DNA from: Gloeobacterales cyanobacterium
GTDB lineage: Bacteria; Cyanobacteriota; Cyanobacteriia; Gloeobacterales; PMM-0068
NCBI GenBank assembly: GCA_038245785.1
Contig: JBBRSB010000020.1
Coordinates: 1 to 64,000, forward strand
DNA: 64,000 nt
Direction: 5' to 3'
Position numbers and translations under genes: made by a program. Of this stretch, positions 19,384-34,531 are shown piece by piece. The notes below the pieces were generated by a model, which saw only the letters and a list, made by a program, of their open reading frames with translations, had not been told where the DNA came from and searched no databases. The number at the start of each line of letters is the position of its first letter. Position 1 is the stretch's first letter.

Positions 19384-21088
19384 ATTCCATCAGTTGATTA
19401 ATAACCCATGTTCGGATCCGAGAGTAAATATAGTACCCGCCATCTTCATCAAAAGTTCTAATTGCGTGAGAACCTGAAATCCCTGCACTGATTTCATATA
19501 TTTTTTTCATATTGCTAAGAATTTCATCGGGCAAACAAGCGTTTCTTAAATTTTCTTTTTCATAGAAATTTAAGTTACCAGTATTTTTTTCATCTGATTC
19601 TAATCGTTGTAGCATTTCTTCTTTTGATACACCTTTAGCATTATGAATTATTTGGTTCCTTTGGTTGATCCAATAATCTAGCGTACTCATGAGTTGAGAT
19701 AGCTCATTCCATTTGTCTTCAGGAAGTTTTGCCAATTGTGTCTTGTCATATCTAACTAGAGCCTCAATAAAATTTAGTCGCCTGCTGCGACTTTCTAGTT
19801 TGCATTCCTGTAAATCTATACACTTAGGCTCTAGGTCTTCAAATATTTGCTTTAAGGCTTCAGGCATTTTGTATATTTTTAGAAAATAACCATTAGACTT
19901 CTGTTCTGTAGTCGCTAATTTTTTATCCCATTTCTTAATAAGTTGATTTAGAGTTTCTTCATAGAAACAAGACATTCTCCATAAATGATCAGGTATTTGA
20001 CCTAATTCCCATTTGATTTTGGATTGAGCATATAGATCTAAAAGTAAATCATGGTTCGCAAGCAATTTTCCTGGAAAAGTTTCGTCCTTCTCCAGAATCT
20101 TAGATTTTTGCATCAGATTCTTTGCATTCTTACTATCCAAATTCAGATAATAACAGGTCAGATCTAAAGCATCCAAAATTAATGATATGGATTCCTCATC
20201 AACTGAAATACTTTGATTAGAGATCCAGGCTAGATCCTCCTGCCAACTTTTTAATATTTCGCGGGCTCCATCAAAATCCCAGCGATTTAAAAGCTGTATA
20301 ACCGTTTGATATTTTTGACTCCTCATATATTGCCAATAGGAAGTAGGCTTACATGTAGAAGGTTTTCCTGCAAGGACATCCTCAATTCTAAGAATAGGTT
20401 CTAGGAAGAGCTGCTTGCGAATATTTGAAGAAATGCCTTGAATCTGGAGTGCCATCTGCATCTGAGGAGTTCCTCCCTTAAGGCTAATCAAGGCTATTTC
20501 ATTGTTAGATAGCTCACTACTATTGAAAAAATCATAATAGTAATTGAGCAATTTGTCTTGATCATTTGCTGGTATATCCAGTGGAACTATATTTGCTATC
20601 AGGGTAATACTTGACAACTCGTACTCAAACCACTTTTCTAATATCTTGAACAAGAATATTGAATCTTGGGAATGCCCAAAGGGATTTACATCACTAACTT
20701 GATCAGTAACAAAGGTATAGACAGTTTTAACTTTAAAATTCTCTCTAGCTCGCTTAATCACACCCCAAATTCTTCCTGGTCGAATACGTTTATGCCAGAT
20801 CTCAGGATTTTGGTTATATGCATCTAAGAGTTTACTGGTGAGTTCTCGTAGAGAAAAGGTATATTCTTTTCTTCCTTGCTTCTCTATAACCTTTACTGGC
20901 AAGCTAAGTTCAGGACACAAGGAAGTTCCTAGTAATTGGTTTCTAGAATCCCATATATTTCTCTCTTCCTCGTTCAGCCCAGAAGAGTCAACATTCTTTT
21001 CATCACGGTCAAAGCCTATAGGGATATAGTACTCACCTATTTTTACTGCTAAATCAGAGGTGCCAATATTAGCAATTAAGATAGTCAT
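19346..21088 (-). CDS. CARF-HEPN accessory ribonuclease (Csm6/Csx1-like)
   Basis: ILIANIGTSDL and ISLKGGTPQMQMAL CARF-like motifs; C-terminal RNQIIH (RxxxxH) HEPN motif; last gene of cmr operon. Confidence 0.78.
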   Translation of the reverse strand: MTILIANIGTSDLAVKIGEYYIPIGFDRDEKNVDSSGLNEEERNIWDSRNQLLGTSLCPELSLPVKVIEKQGRKEYTFSLRELTSKLLDAYNQNPEIWHKRIRPGRIWGVIKRARENFKVKTVYTFVTDQVSDVNPFGHSQDSIFLFKILEKWFEYELSSITLIANIVPLDIPANDQDKLLNYYYDFFNSSELSNNEIALISLKGGTPQMQMALQIQGISSNIRKQLFLEPILRIEDVLAGKPSTCKPTSYWQYMRSQKYQTVIQLLNRWDFDGAREILKSWQEDLAWISNQSISVDEESISLILDALDLTCYYLNLDSKNAKNLMQKSKILEKDETFPGKLLANHDLLLDLYAQSKIKWELGQIPDHLWRMSCFYEETLNQLIKKWDKKLATTEQKSNGYFLKIYKMPEALKQIFEDLEPKCIDLQECKLESRSRRLNFIEALVRYDKTQLAKLPEDKWNELSQLMSTLDYWINQRNQIIHNAKGVSKEEMLQRLESDEKNTGNLNFYEKENLRNACLPDEILSNMKKIYEISAGISGSHAIRTFDEDGGYYIYSRIRTWVINQLMESSKAPMPASDPE

Positions 21089-21111
21089 TGTATCCCTAAA
21101 TAATTTCTATT

Positions 21112-21693
21112 TTATCTAGCCTGTAAAACTTGGTTCGCCGTTAATTCCAAGTCGGGAAATAGCTGCGAAATGATTTTCTCATCACTCGCATACTCTTTTG
21201 TCTCATACAATCCCTCATTCCATACCAAAATCGAAACTTTCAAACTGAGTGGATCGACAATCCAGTATTCAGAAATGCCTAATGCTGCATACTCTGACTG
21301 TTTATACCGATAATCGATGGCCTGTGAACCAGGACTCACTACTTCAACCGCTAATAGAGGGGTAGTCTGAAGTACCGCAGAGATATTCCTTAATTCAGCC
21401 CATTGGCTACTCGTCATCACACACAGGTCTGGATCGCGAGAGGTATTGATACCTGTGCGCACCCCAACATCCCTTTTCGCAAGCCATGGTAGCTCACGCC
21501 TTCTAATTTCCCCTTTGAATACATCCTGGAGAAATTCAATGATGTCGGAATGGAGTCCTGTAGGCAGTGGAACCATCAGTAATGCTCCATGTGCAAGTTC
21601 ATAGCGATTGTCTGTACCATCCTCTAAAACCAAATATTCTTCAAAAGTTAAACTGGCTGACTTAGTAGAAACCATTTTCTTTCCTTCACTCAT
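21112..21693 (-). CDS. Uma2 (DUF820) PD-(D/E)xK nuclease-fold protein
   Basis: LTFEEYL, RYEL..G, PDL, LAVEVVSPG, EYWIVDP; ATGA overlap with cmr6 stop. Confidence 0.9.
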   Translation of the reverse strand: MSEGKKMVSTKSASLTFEEYLVLEDGTDNRYELAHGALLMVPLPTGLHSDIIEFLQDVFKGEIRRRELPWLAKRDVGVRTGINTSRDPDLCVMTSSQWAELRNISAVLQTTPLLAVEVVSPGSQAIDYRYKQSEYAALGISEYWIVDPLSLKVSILVWNEGLYETKEYASDEKIISQLFPDLELTANQVLQAR

Positions 21694-23660
21694 AGGGGCC
21701 AAACTTGCATTGCTCCATCCCTCACCAGTACTTTAGCGAATTCTGCTCGGTCTTTATGGTCAGCGCCAAATATTGTCACTGCCTGATAAGACCGTCCCTG
21801 CTCTGGAAAATTGGATTGAATTATAACGAATGATGGTGCTTCAAGTGTTCCCCCTACATTAGGATTTCCCTGTCCATTCCGATTACTCCCCTTATATTTT
21901 TCGCTGCTATAGAGCAGTTCCAGTGCTTCACCGCGTACAGATGTTTTGTCACCATCCCTTCGCCAATCACTAACATCTTGAGGGTGTGTCAGGTCTTCAG
22001 AAGGCATTAAACAGATGTGTGTATTGCGATTCAATACATCTTGGTTTCGCCTGTTTCTAGCCCCTTCTCCAGGATTTCCATCTCCTGGTTTGCCAGTTGG
22101 CTTTTGTATATTTAGGAATTCTTGGTGTACCTGTCTTAAAAACTTTTGCCAATCCTCTTTGGCGAGGGGCAAAATGGAACCCATTACTTCCCAGTGGCAA
22201 CCCCTCATTCTGCGGTCTAGTAAGTGCAGAGGGCGTCGGGAACCCCGGCCTAAACCGCCAAGTAAACTTGCTAGAAATAGAATCTTTTCAATGAGCTCTA
22301 GTTCTTGCTGGCTTCCCTTGGCTTCTAGAAGAATTTTTCCACTACAGAAATAGGGACTGTTACCTTTACCTTGCTGCCATTCCACACCAATACTGAGATT
22401 CCCCTGTTTGCCAAGAGCCCCAAAGAGTTTTTCTTCTAGTATTTGAACTTCATCGGGTGCATACATGCCTAAAGCGATAGCACGAAACCAGTAGCGTAGG
22501 ACTCCCCGTAAAGCAACAGGACGAAACTCTAGCGTTCCTTGCCAGTCATTTTCTTTACTAGGAGGAGAAGCTCCATATATACCCTGACTCCAAAGTTTGA
22601 AATCATAGGTCCGGGAATGGGAAAATCCTGCACCTAGCTTTGTTCTGCCATAGCCTGCACTGACCCGTGAACCAATTCCTTCTTTCAAGGCTTCTCCCAG
22701 CCATTCTTTTACTACTTCGACATCTTTTTGTTGACCACGACTGGTAGGCAGTATCCCAATTACTAATTCAGGTTGATCCATGGTCAGTAGAGGATGGGGG
22801 ACGGGACCATATTTTACTTGACCGTTCTGCCAAGACCATTGGGGATTAGCCATGTCTATACTTAGGTTTGGCCTAGTTGGAAAAGCATCTAAAATTTGAA
22901 CTCGACCTGCGCCGTGTTCTAAAGTTCCTAAAAGCCTATCTGCTTCTGATGACTCACCGTTTCGTCTTGCCCAAGCCCGTGCTGCGCCTTTTAAGCTACT
23001 TGCCGGAATATACGGGACGCCATAAACGGGATGAAATGCAGGTAGCAATAACTCGCGGAAGCCACGCATTCCCCCAACCCGTAAGCGCCATGGAAACTGG
23101 ACTGCCAAAACAGTGCCATTTTGGGCTAACTTGCGCGTTCGATTCGCAAGTTTTGCGTACAGTTCTTTGCACGTATCATCGGCATCTACCGCCGATGCAA
23201 GAACTGGTTGGGCTAGTTCGTTATTTTTATTATCTACTCCGAAGGAAGCAAAGTTTAGGGCTTGAAGTGGACTTTTTATAGCAGTTGAGCTTACTCCTCG
23301 GCTTACTTGATTTGGCACAGGCTGTCCTGCTGGCCTGAAACTTTTATTGATAGCTGTTGCAACCACTGCTTTTTGTGGTGCAATTCCCACCTGACAAAAA
23401 ACCTTGTCTCGTTTTAGTTCAATAGGAAGAGCAGATTGTATTTTTGGCCGTAATTTATTAGCTTCATTTTTAAGTTCTTCACTAGGAAAATATATTGTTA
23501 GACTCTCGTTAGTAATAGAACCAAAACTACTTTCTTTGAGGGCAGGATAAAAAGCTGGAGGTTGGGGTTTTCTCCTGCTCAAATCATCTAGAAAAGCCTG
23601 CCACTCCTGCTCAGGAGATTTACCCTGTTTACTTCCACGACCATCACGACTGAAGCTCAT
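21690..23660 (-). CDS. cmr6: Cmr6-Cmr1 fusion RAMP protein with extra N-terminal domain
   Basis: Cmr6 part: FHPVYGVPYIPASSLKGAAR, GIGSRVSAGYG; Cmr1 part: RPVALRGVLRYWFR, LGGLGRGSRR; ATG 23660 overlaps cmr5 stop. Confidence 0.88.
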   Translation of the reverse strand: MSFSRDGRGSKQGKSPEQEWQAFLDDLSRRKPQPPAFYPALKESSFGSITNESLTIYFPSEELKNEANKLRPKIQSALPIELKRDKVFCQVGIAPQKAVVATAINKSFRPAGQPVPNQVSRGVSSTAIKSPLQALNFASFGVDNKNNELAQPVLASAVDADDTCKELYAKLANRTRKLAQNGTVLAVQFPWRLRVGGMRGFRELLLPAFHPVYGVPYIPASSLKGAARAWARRNGESSEADRLLGTLEHGAGRVQILDAFPTRPNLSIDMANPQWSWQNGQVKYGPVPHPLLTMDQPELVIGILPTSRGQQKDVEVVKEWLGEALKEGIGSRVSAGYGRTKLGAGFSHSRTYDFKLWSQGIYGASPPSKENDWQGTLEFRPVALRGVLRYWFRAIALGMYAPDEVQILEEKLFGALGKQGNLSIGVEWQQGKGNSPYFCSGKILLEAKGSQQELELIEKILFLASLLGGLGRGSRRPLHLLDRRMRGCHWEVMGSILPLAKEDWQKFLRQVHQEFLNIQKPTGKPGDGNPGEGARNRRNQDVLNRNTHICLMPSEDLTHPQDVSDWRRDGDKTSVRGEALELLYSSEKYKGSNRNGQGNPNVGGTLEAPSFVIIQSNFPEQGRSYQAVTIFGADHKDRAEFAKVLVRDGAMQVWPL

Positions 23661-24055
23661 GTATCGTCTGCCTCCCCAAGAATAGCGGATGCCCAGAACG
23701 ACCATTCCCTCGCCAATTCAACAGCTAAGTGATTCAGCGCTGCATATTCTTTGAGCGGCATATTGATTAAACTTCCAGGATCATTGACAGTGAATCCTTG
23801 TCCGCTAAACGTTTTTAGTTTTTCGAGGAATTTCTGATACACCTTACCTTTGTACTTCGTATCTTCTGCTTTACCTGCCAGGAACTTAACAGCGTCCCCG
23901 CTGAGTCGATGTAGACCCCAAGTAGAAATATAAGCGGTTAGCCCTTGTATCAAACCGCTAGCTTTTTTGTGATGCGAACTTGCCAAATCTTTTTTGAGTT
24001 CAGTAAGAGCTGCATAGGCTTCCTTACTAAAATTCCGAGAGTCTAGTTTGAGCAT
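23657..24055 (-). CDS. cmr5: Cmr5 small subunit
   Basis: 132-aa helical protein between cmr4 and cmr6; YISTWGL, LAREWSFWA. Confidence 0.8.
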   Translation of the reverse strand: MLKLDSRNFSKEAYAALTELKKDLASSHHKKASGLIQGLTAYISTWGLHRLSGDAVKFLAGKAEDTKYKGKVYQKFLEKLKTFSGQGFTVNDPGSLINMPLKEYAALNHLAVELAREWSFWASAILGEADDT

Positions 24056-24058
24056 GGT

Positions 24059-29146
<5,088 letters not shown>

Positions 29147-29240
29147 AAAAGACCTACGGGAAAATACGGAGAATGTAAAGTGAGGCAAGCGTATCCAGAA
29201 AGTGCTTGATATCTGTCAAAACGAATACTTTATTCACAAT

Positions 29241-29319
29241 TGAGGCTACGTGCCTCATCCGTCTTGGCTCACGTACATAAACCACAGTAGAAGAATCGCA
29301 CTGCACCATACAGTGCAGT
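29241..29319. promoter_or_regulatory. Putative operators in divergent cas10 / csx18-cas1 promoter region
   Basis: TGAGGC-N5-GCCTCA (29241-29257) and ACTGCAC-N6-GTGCAGT (29300-29319). Confidence 0.55.
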
Positions 29320-29361
29320 CGCAATGACCCATACTCAAAAAGTAAGTATTCAGGCAAAATC

Positions 29362-29580
29362 ATGAATTGGGTGAGGCTTTTGCTGCTTCGTCACGTTTCG
29401 GGAGCGGCAGTGAATGGTTTGATTACCCTAGTCATTTTGCTCATTGCTCCTCTGGGGTTAGCGTCCGTTTTGACCTGCACGGCGTTGATCAGTTTGAGCA
29501 CTTTGGTCGTGGGTGTAGCGGCAGATGGGGTGCAGTACTGGTTAGAGGATGGCTCTACTGGGATTGACAAGACTCAGTGA
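29362..29580 (+). CDS. csx18: Csx18 small membrane CRISPR-associated protein
   Basis: AVNGLITLVILLIAPLGLA motif; directly upstream of cas1. Confidence 0.8.
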   Translation: MNWVRLLLLRHVSGAAVNGLITLVILLIAPLGLASVLTCTALISLSTLVVGVAADGVQYWLEDGSTGIDKTQ

Positions 29581-30569
29581 TGGCAACCCTATATTTGTTG
29601 GACCAAGGGTGCCGAGTCGCCCTCAGGGATGAAGCTTTACTGGTTTATCAGCAAACAGACCTGAAACAGACGGTGCCGCTACCAACTTTAGAGCGTGTGC
29701 TGGTTTTTGGCAGTGCGCATCTGACTACGCCTGTAATCCGAGCCTGTTTAAGACGCGAGGTGGGGATAGGCTATCTATCTCGTCAGGGGCGCTGCTATGG
29801 TCGGATTTTACCGATTCGTTTGGGCTATCGTTCTCTATTTCGGTTGCAACAATCGCTAGGAGCGGAAGCAGCGCTGGGCGCAGCACGGGCGATGGTCACC
29901 GCCAAGATTCAAAATAGCCGGGTTTTGCTGTTGCGTTCTCAAAGACGAAGACCGCTGCCTGCTCTAGAACAGGCGATTACTTTTCTAGATTATTTTGCTC
30001 AAAAGGCTCGTGAGGCTTTGAGTCTAGAAACTTTACGAGGATATGAAGGGGCAGCGGCTGCTCAGTATTTCCCTGCTTTTGGTCTAATGCTGACGGAACC
30101 AGATTTTGTGATGACCCAAAGAAGTCGTCGTCCCCCGCTGAATCCGGTAAATACACTTTTGAGTTTTGGCTATAGCGTCCTCTGGAATCATCTTCTCGGA
30201 CAGATAGAACTGCAGGGATTAGATTCCTATCTGGGGATCTTCCATACAGCCAATGACCGTCATCCAGCTTTAGCTTCTGATTTGGTGGAGGAGTTTCGTT
30301 CACCGATTATTGATTCTTTAGTAGTTTGGCTAATTAATAGTCGAGTAATCCAGGTTATGGATGACTTTGAATTTCGTGATGGGGGTTGTTTCCTAAATGA
30401 AAGAGGAAGGCGCAAGTTTCTCAAGTACTTCATTCAAGAGATGAACGAACTTGTTCAGGTGGATAATTCTATGCTTCCACGTTGGGCTTTATTGGAGAAG
30501 CAGGTGAGCGCTTTCAAAAGGTTTTTGTATCATCCTGAAGAAGATTATCAGCCCTATCGGATACGTTAA
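29580..30569 (+). CDS. cas1: Cas1 (no RT or Cas6 fusion)
   Basis: TLYLLDQG, LRGYEGAAA.QYF, RRPP.NPVNTLLSFGY, LASDLVEEFR. Confidence 0.97.
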   Translation: MATLYLLDQGCRVALRDEALLVYQQTDLKQTVPLPTLERVLVFGSAHLTTPVIRACLRREVGIGYLSRQGRCYGRILPIRLGYRSLFRLQQSLGAEAALGAARAMVTAKIQNSRVLLLRSQRRRPLPALEQAITFLDYFAQKAREALSLETLRGYEGAAAAQYFPAFGLMLTEPDFVMTQRSRRPPLNPVNTLLSFGYSVLWNHLLGQIELQGLDSYLGIFHTANDRHPALASDLVEEFRSPIIDSLVVWLINSRVIQVMDDFEFRDGGCFLNERGRRKFLKYFIQEMNELVQVDNSMLPRWALLEKQVSAFKRFLYHPEEDYQPYRIR

Positions 30570-30845
30570 ATGCTGTATATTATTACCTACGATATTCCCA
30601 GTAATAAGCGAAGAAATAAAGTAGCTAAGCTGCTAGAAGGCTATGGTAAAAGGGTGCAGCTTAGTGTTTTTGAGTGCGAATTGCCGGAGAAGTTATTAAT
30701 AGAATTAAAGACAAAGCTTCGTAAGAAGGTTGATATGACTGAGGATTCAGTGCGCTTCTATGTCATATCCAGTCATACCTTGGGTCAGGTGGAAATATGG
30801 AATGGACCTCCTGTAGCGGAATCTGCGAAATCGGTAATAGTCTGA
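30570..30845 (+). CDS. cas2: Cas2
   Basis: YIITYDI..NKRR.KVAKLLEGYGKRVQLSVFEC, DSVRFY. Confidence 0.97.
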   Translation: MLYIITYDIPSNKRRNKVAKLLEGYGKRVQLSVFECELPEKLLIELKTKLRKKVDMTEDSVRFYVISSHTLGQVEIWNGPPVAESAKSVIV

Positions 30846-30856
30846 CTATGGCTAGA

Positions 30857-30892
30857 ATTGCTTCTTTTCAGAGAGGTCGAACTAATGACAAA
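30857..30892 (+). repeat. Solitary degenerate CRISPR repeat downstream of cas2
   Basis: ATTGCTTCTTTTCAGAGAGGTCGAACTAATGACAAA, 27/36 identical to array repeat, stem still pairs. Confidence 0.75.
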
Positions 30893-30948
30893 TCAGGCAA
30901 AAAGTTGACGTTAAATCATACAGGTCGATTTAGACCAGGAGATGTGAA

Positions 30949-31194
30949 ATGAGAGCAATTACTGGTGTTTTTATTTTTCTACCTGCCATGGCCCTCGTGA
31001 TAGGTATGGGTATCGGTTCGCCACTTTTAGGTACGCTGGCCTGTGTTTTTATAGCATGGCAGGAGGCATCACTTTGCAGCAAAGTATTTCCTACTGAGTT
31101 TCAGCTTCCTGTAACTATAATAATTATGTGCGGAGTTTGGATTTTGGTGCACCAAAAAGAATCTGAAGCAAATAAGGAAAATCAAGATGTTTAA
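30949..31194 (+). CDS. Small hydrophobic (2-3 TM) hypothetical protein
   Basis: 81 aa, AGGAG RBS 7 nt upstream, mostly hydrophobic with charged tail. Confidence 0.6.
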   Translation: MRAITGVFIFLPAMALVIGMGIGSPLLGTLACVFIAWQEASLCSKVFPTEFQLPVTIIIMCGVWILVHQKESEANKENQDV

Positions 31195-31527
31195 TCCAAT
31201 TTATTTCTTTTTCATGAGTGATCAAAGCCTGCTATCCTGAACAGTCAGTAGGTATACAATTTAGCTTCCATGGCATTGATTCCTTTAGTTTGGCGAGGCT
31301 CTCCAAAATTGTGTTCAAACACTTGGCACAGGTCAACCTATTTAACCTCTTTTGGGTTGTTTATCCTGTGGTCAATAATTTTTAGGGTAGCCGCCATATT
31401 TTATGTAGTACCACTTGTCTATTACAGAAGGTTCAATTCCTTCTGACTTAAGAACTTCGGTTGCAGTATGAAAAGGACCTCCCACAGCAAAATTTACGGA
31501 ATTGGCGGTGATTTGATGATGTTTGGA

Positions 31528-31705
31528 GCGATGGGGTCACCAAAAAGCCTAAAGGCTCATTCTTGCGCTGACCCCGTCGATACCTATCCAGGCAAGACTT
31601 TCAGCCATTTTTTTGTGACAAAACCCCCGCTGTACGAGAGAAAATTCAGACCCCGTCGCAAACCGCCTCTAGACACCCGACCTGGCAAGGGTTTTAATGG
31701 AGGCT
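31528..31705 (+). promoter_or_regulatory. CRISPR leader 2
   Basis: Close copy of 17064-17242, directly 5' of first repeat. Confidence 0.85.
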
Positions 31706-33839
31706 ATTGCTTCCCTTCGGGGAAGTTGAACTAATGGAAACAATCATTTCAAACTCTCCTATTGTTGTTTTTCAGTATTGCTTCCCTTCGGGGAAGTTGA
31801 ACTAATGGAAACTATATTCCATGACAAATCTCCAATGAAAAGAATGAATTCAAAAGAAAAATTGCTTCCCTTCGGGGAAGTTGAACTAATGGAAACGACA
31901 CCTACCAGTCTGAAAAGGAAAGCGCCCGTTCCGGGTTATTGCTTCCCTTCGGGGAAGTTGAACTAATGGAAACTATTTATGCATAAAAAGAGAGCGCCCT
32001 TCGGTAGTTAAAATTGCTTCCCTTCGGGGAAGTTGAACTAATGGAAACAAGGAAGCAGAATCATCTGCTTCTTTAGATGAGCTTATATTGTTAATTGCTT
32101 CCCTTCGGGGAAGTTGAACTAATGGAAACTGCTTAAAGCTTTGTCAACCTTCTCGGAGGTTGATATTGCTTCCCTTCGGGGAAGTTGAACTAATGGAAAC
32201 AGACCTTCAGGGATAGGCCCTATACATTCTTCCCAGATATTGCTTCCCTTCGGGGAAGTTGAACTAATGGAAACGGTGATTTAGAAAACCTTGGAGTTCT
32301 CCCCAGAGAAAAGACATTGCTTCCCTTCGGGGAAGTTGAACTAATGGAAACAGCCCGCAGCAAAGCTATAATTTCCGTGGTTACAATTGCTTCCCTTCGG
32401 GGAAGTTGAACTAATGGAAACTACCAAACTTCTGGATTGCTTGGCGAAGTGTGAGACAATTGCTTCCCTTCGGGGAAGTTGAACTAATGGAAACTCTCCT
32501 ACTTCTCAAGAATGGGAAGTGTTATCTGATAAATTGCTTCCCTTCGGGGAAGTTGAACTAATGGAAACACCAAGCGCAATGCCCAAGTGTACACTTTCTA
32601 AAAATGAGCTATACTATTGCTTCCCTTCGGGGAAGTTGAACTAATGGAAACTACCAAGGGTTACATAACCTTTAACCGTCTTATTTATTCCATAATTGCT
32701 TCCCTTCGGGGAAGTTGAACTAATGGAAACTCTTTTGTAGTCAATCAACGCGTTATCTAGGCATCGATTGCTTCCCTTCGGGGAAGTTGAACTAATGGAA
32801 ACTAAACGTGCCCTACTACAGCACCTTTAGGCGTGTAGACATTGCTTCCCTTCGGGGAAGTTGAACTAATGGAAACTTGTAATGCGGCGCGCCAGAGGAC
32901 AAGTTTCAGGAATATTTCTTCACTTCGGGGAAGTTGAACTAATGGAAACACCGTAAATTTACTTAGAATTTCACGCATAATAATGATTGCTTCCCTTCGG
33001 GGAAGTTGAACTAATGGAAACTTTAGGACCGTAGCAGACGGCATAATTTCCGGATAAAGTATTGCTTCCCTTCGGGGAAGTTGAACTAATGGAAACCTTG
33101 TTATGAGGAACCTCAATGAAAAAGAAGAAGACAATTGCTTCCCTTCGGGGAAGTTGAACTAATGGAAACCGGATAAGGTGCTCTTCAACATAGTTGATGA
33201 TGATATTTCGGCATTGCTTCCCTTCGGGGAAGTTGAACTAATGGAAACATCAGCTTCTTCAAACACCTCATCGCCCCATCGTGACTCCAATAACCCTATT
33301 GCTTCCCTTCGGGGAAGTTGAACTAATGGAAACCAGTTGAGCAATCAGCACAACCAGAATTAACGCCCCATTGCTTCCCTTCGGGGAAGTTGAACTAATG
33401 GAAACTTGCGGAGCGCTTGATAGAGGTCTTCAAACTTCTCAAATTGCTTCCCTTCGGGGAAGTTGAACTAATGGAAACACAGTTAAAAGTAATTCTGCGC
33501 CCAGCATGAAAGCTGCATTGCTTCCCTTCGGGGAAGTTGAACTAATGGAAACTTAAATCTTTCATTGCAGTACAAAAAACAAAAGGATATTGCTTCCCTT
33601 CGGGGAAGTTGAACTAATGGAAACATTAATCAGGTCTTTGGCTACTTGCACTTTGTACACGTATTGCTTCCCTTCGGGGAAGTTGAACTAATGGAAACAA
33701 CAGTTACGCCATCACGAGCGAAAGCCTTGATGATATTTTCCTATTGCTTCCCTTCGGGGAAGTTGAACTAATGGAAACAGATAGTCTTTGTTGAAGGCAA
33801 TTTCATAATCACCTGTGATTGCTTCCCTTCGGGGAAGTT
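31706..33839 (+). CRISPR. CRISPR array 2: 28 full repeats (variant at 32914-32949) plus 5' 22 nt of a 29th; 28 spacers of 34-49 nt
   Basis: Same 36-nt repeat as array 1; last repeat cut after ...GGGGAAGTT at 33839. Confidence 0.98.
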
Positions 33840-33848
33840 TCGGAAAGC

Positions 33849-33878
33849 TTGCCCGTAGCATGAATTCCGTGCTACTAT
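33849..33878 (+). promoter_or_regulatory. higBA promoter with overlapping operator
   Basis: TTGCCC-N18-TACTAT with GTAGCA-N9-TGCTAC palindrome; start codon immediately downstream (likely leaderless). Confidence 0.6.
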
Positions 33879-33881
33879 GCT

Positions 33882-34178
33882 ATGGTGATAGCTTCATTTA
33901 AAAATGATGGTGTAGAAGATATCTTCAACGGTGCAGACACTAAAGTTGCTCGTAAAACCTGCCCCATGTCTTTATGGAAAGTCGCTGCTCGAAAACTCGA
34001 TCAGATTGACTCCGTTGCAACATTAAATGAATTGCGTCTACCGCCAGGTAACTTCTTAGAAGCCTTGTCCGGTGATCTTAAAGGGCAGCATAGTATCCGT
34101 ATCAACGACCAGTACCGAATCTGTTTTGTATGGTCAGAGCAAGGACCTGCTCAAGTAGAAATTGTTGATTATCACTGA
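33882..34178 (+). CDS. higB: HigB toxin (plasmid maintenance killer family)
   Basis: IASFK, LRLPPGN.LEAL.GD.KGQHSIRINDQYRICF, VEIVDYH. Confidence 0.92.
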   Translation: MVIASFKNDGVEDIFNGADTKVARKTCPMSLWKVAARKLDQIDSVATLNELRLPPGNFLEALSGDLKGQHSIRINDQYRICFVWSEQGPAQVEIVDYH

Positions 34179-34199
34179 ATCGTTATAGAGAGTACCGTC

Positions 34200-34505
34200 A
34201 TGGTTCGCATTCCTACACACCGTTCCCCCACGCATCCCGGCGAGATGTTGCTAGAAGAGTTCCTAAACCCCACGGGCTTGACGCAGCGTGAACTTGCCGA
34301 TGCTATTCACGTCCCGTATCAGCGCATCAATGAGATCATCAATGGACGTCGAGGGATTACACCAAGTACCGCACTTCGGCTAGAGAAATTCTTTGGAATG
34401 TCGGCAGGCTTCTGGATGAATCTTCAACTCCGCTGGGACCTCTATTATGCCCAACAGACTGAGCAAGAAACGCTCAAATCCATTCACCGCTATGTATCAG
34501 CTTGA
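34200..34505 (+). CDS. higA: HigA antitoxin (HTH)
   Basis: PTHPGEMLLEEFL.P, ITPSTALRL..FFG.SA.FWMNLQ. Confidence 0.92.
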   Translation: MVRIPTHRSPTHPGEMLLEEFLNPTGLTQRELADAIHVPYQRINEIINGRRGITPSTALRLEKFFGMSAGFWMNLQLRWDLYYAQQTEQETLKSIHRYVSA

Positions 34506-34531
34506 TGCCTAGAGGTTGTTCGGTAAACCGA

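Noticed and set aside
31897..32012. Adjacent spacers 3 and 4 of array 2 share an AGCGCCC-centred motif; array 1 spacers 1 and 10 share ACGCACTGAA
   Set aside because: Too short to separate from chance without protospacer data
31468..33344. ORFs overlapping leaders and arrays (also 17053-17271, 17934-18197)
   Set aside because: Translations of repeats and spacers (recurring FPLVQLPRREAI, CFPSGKLN); not real genes
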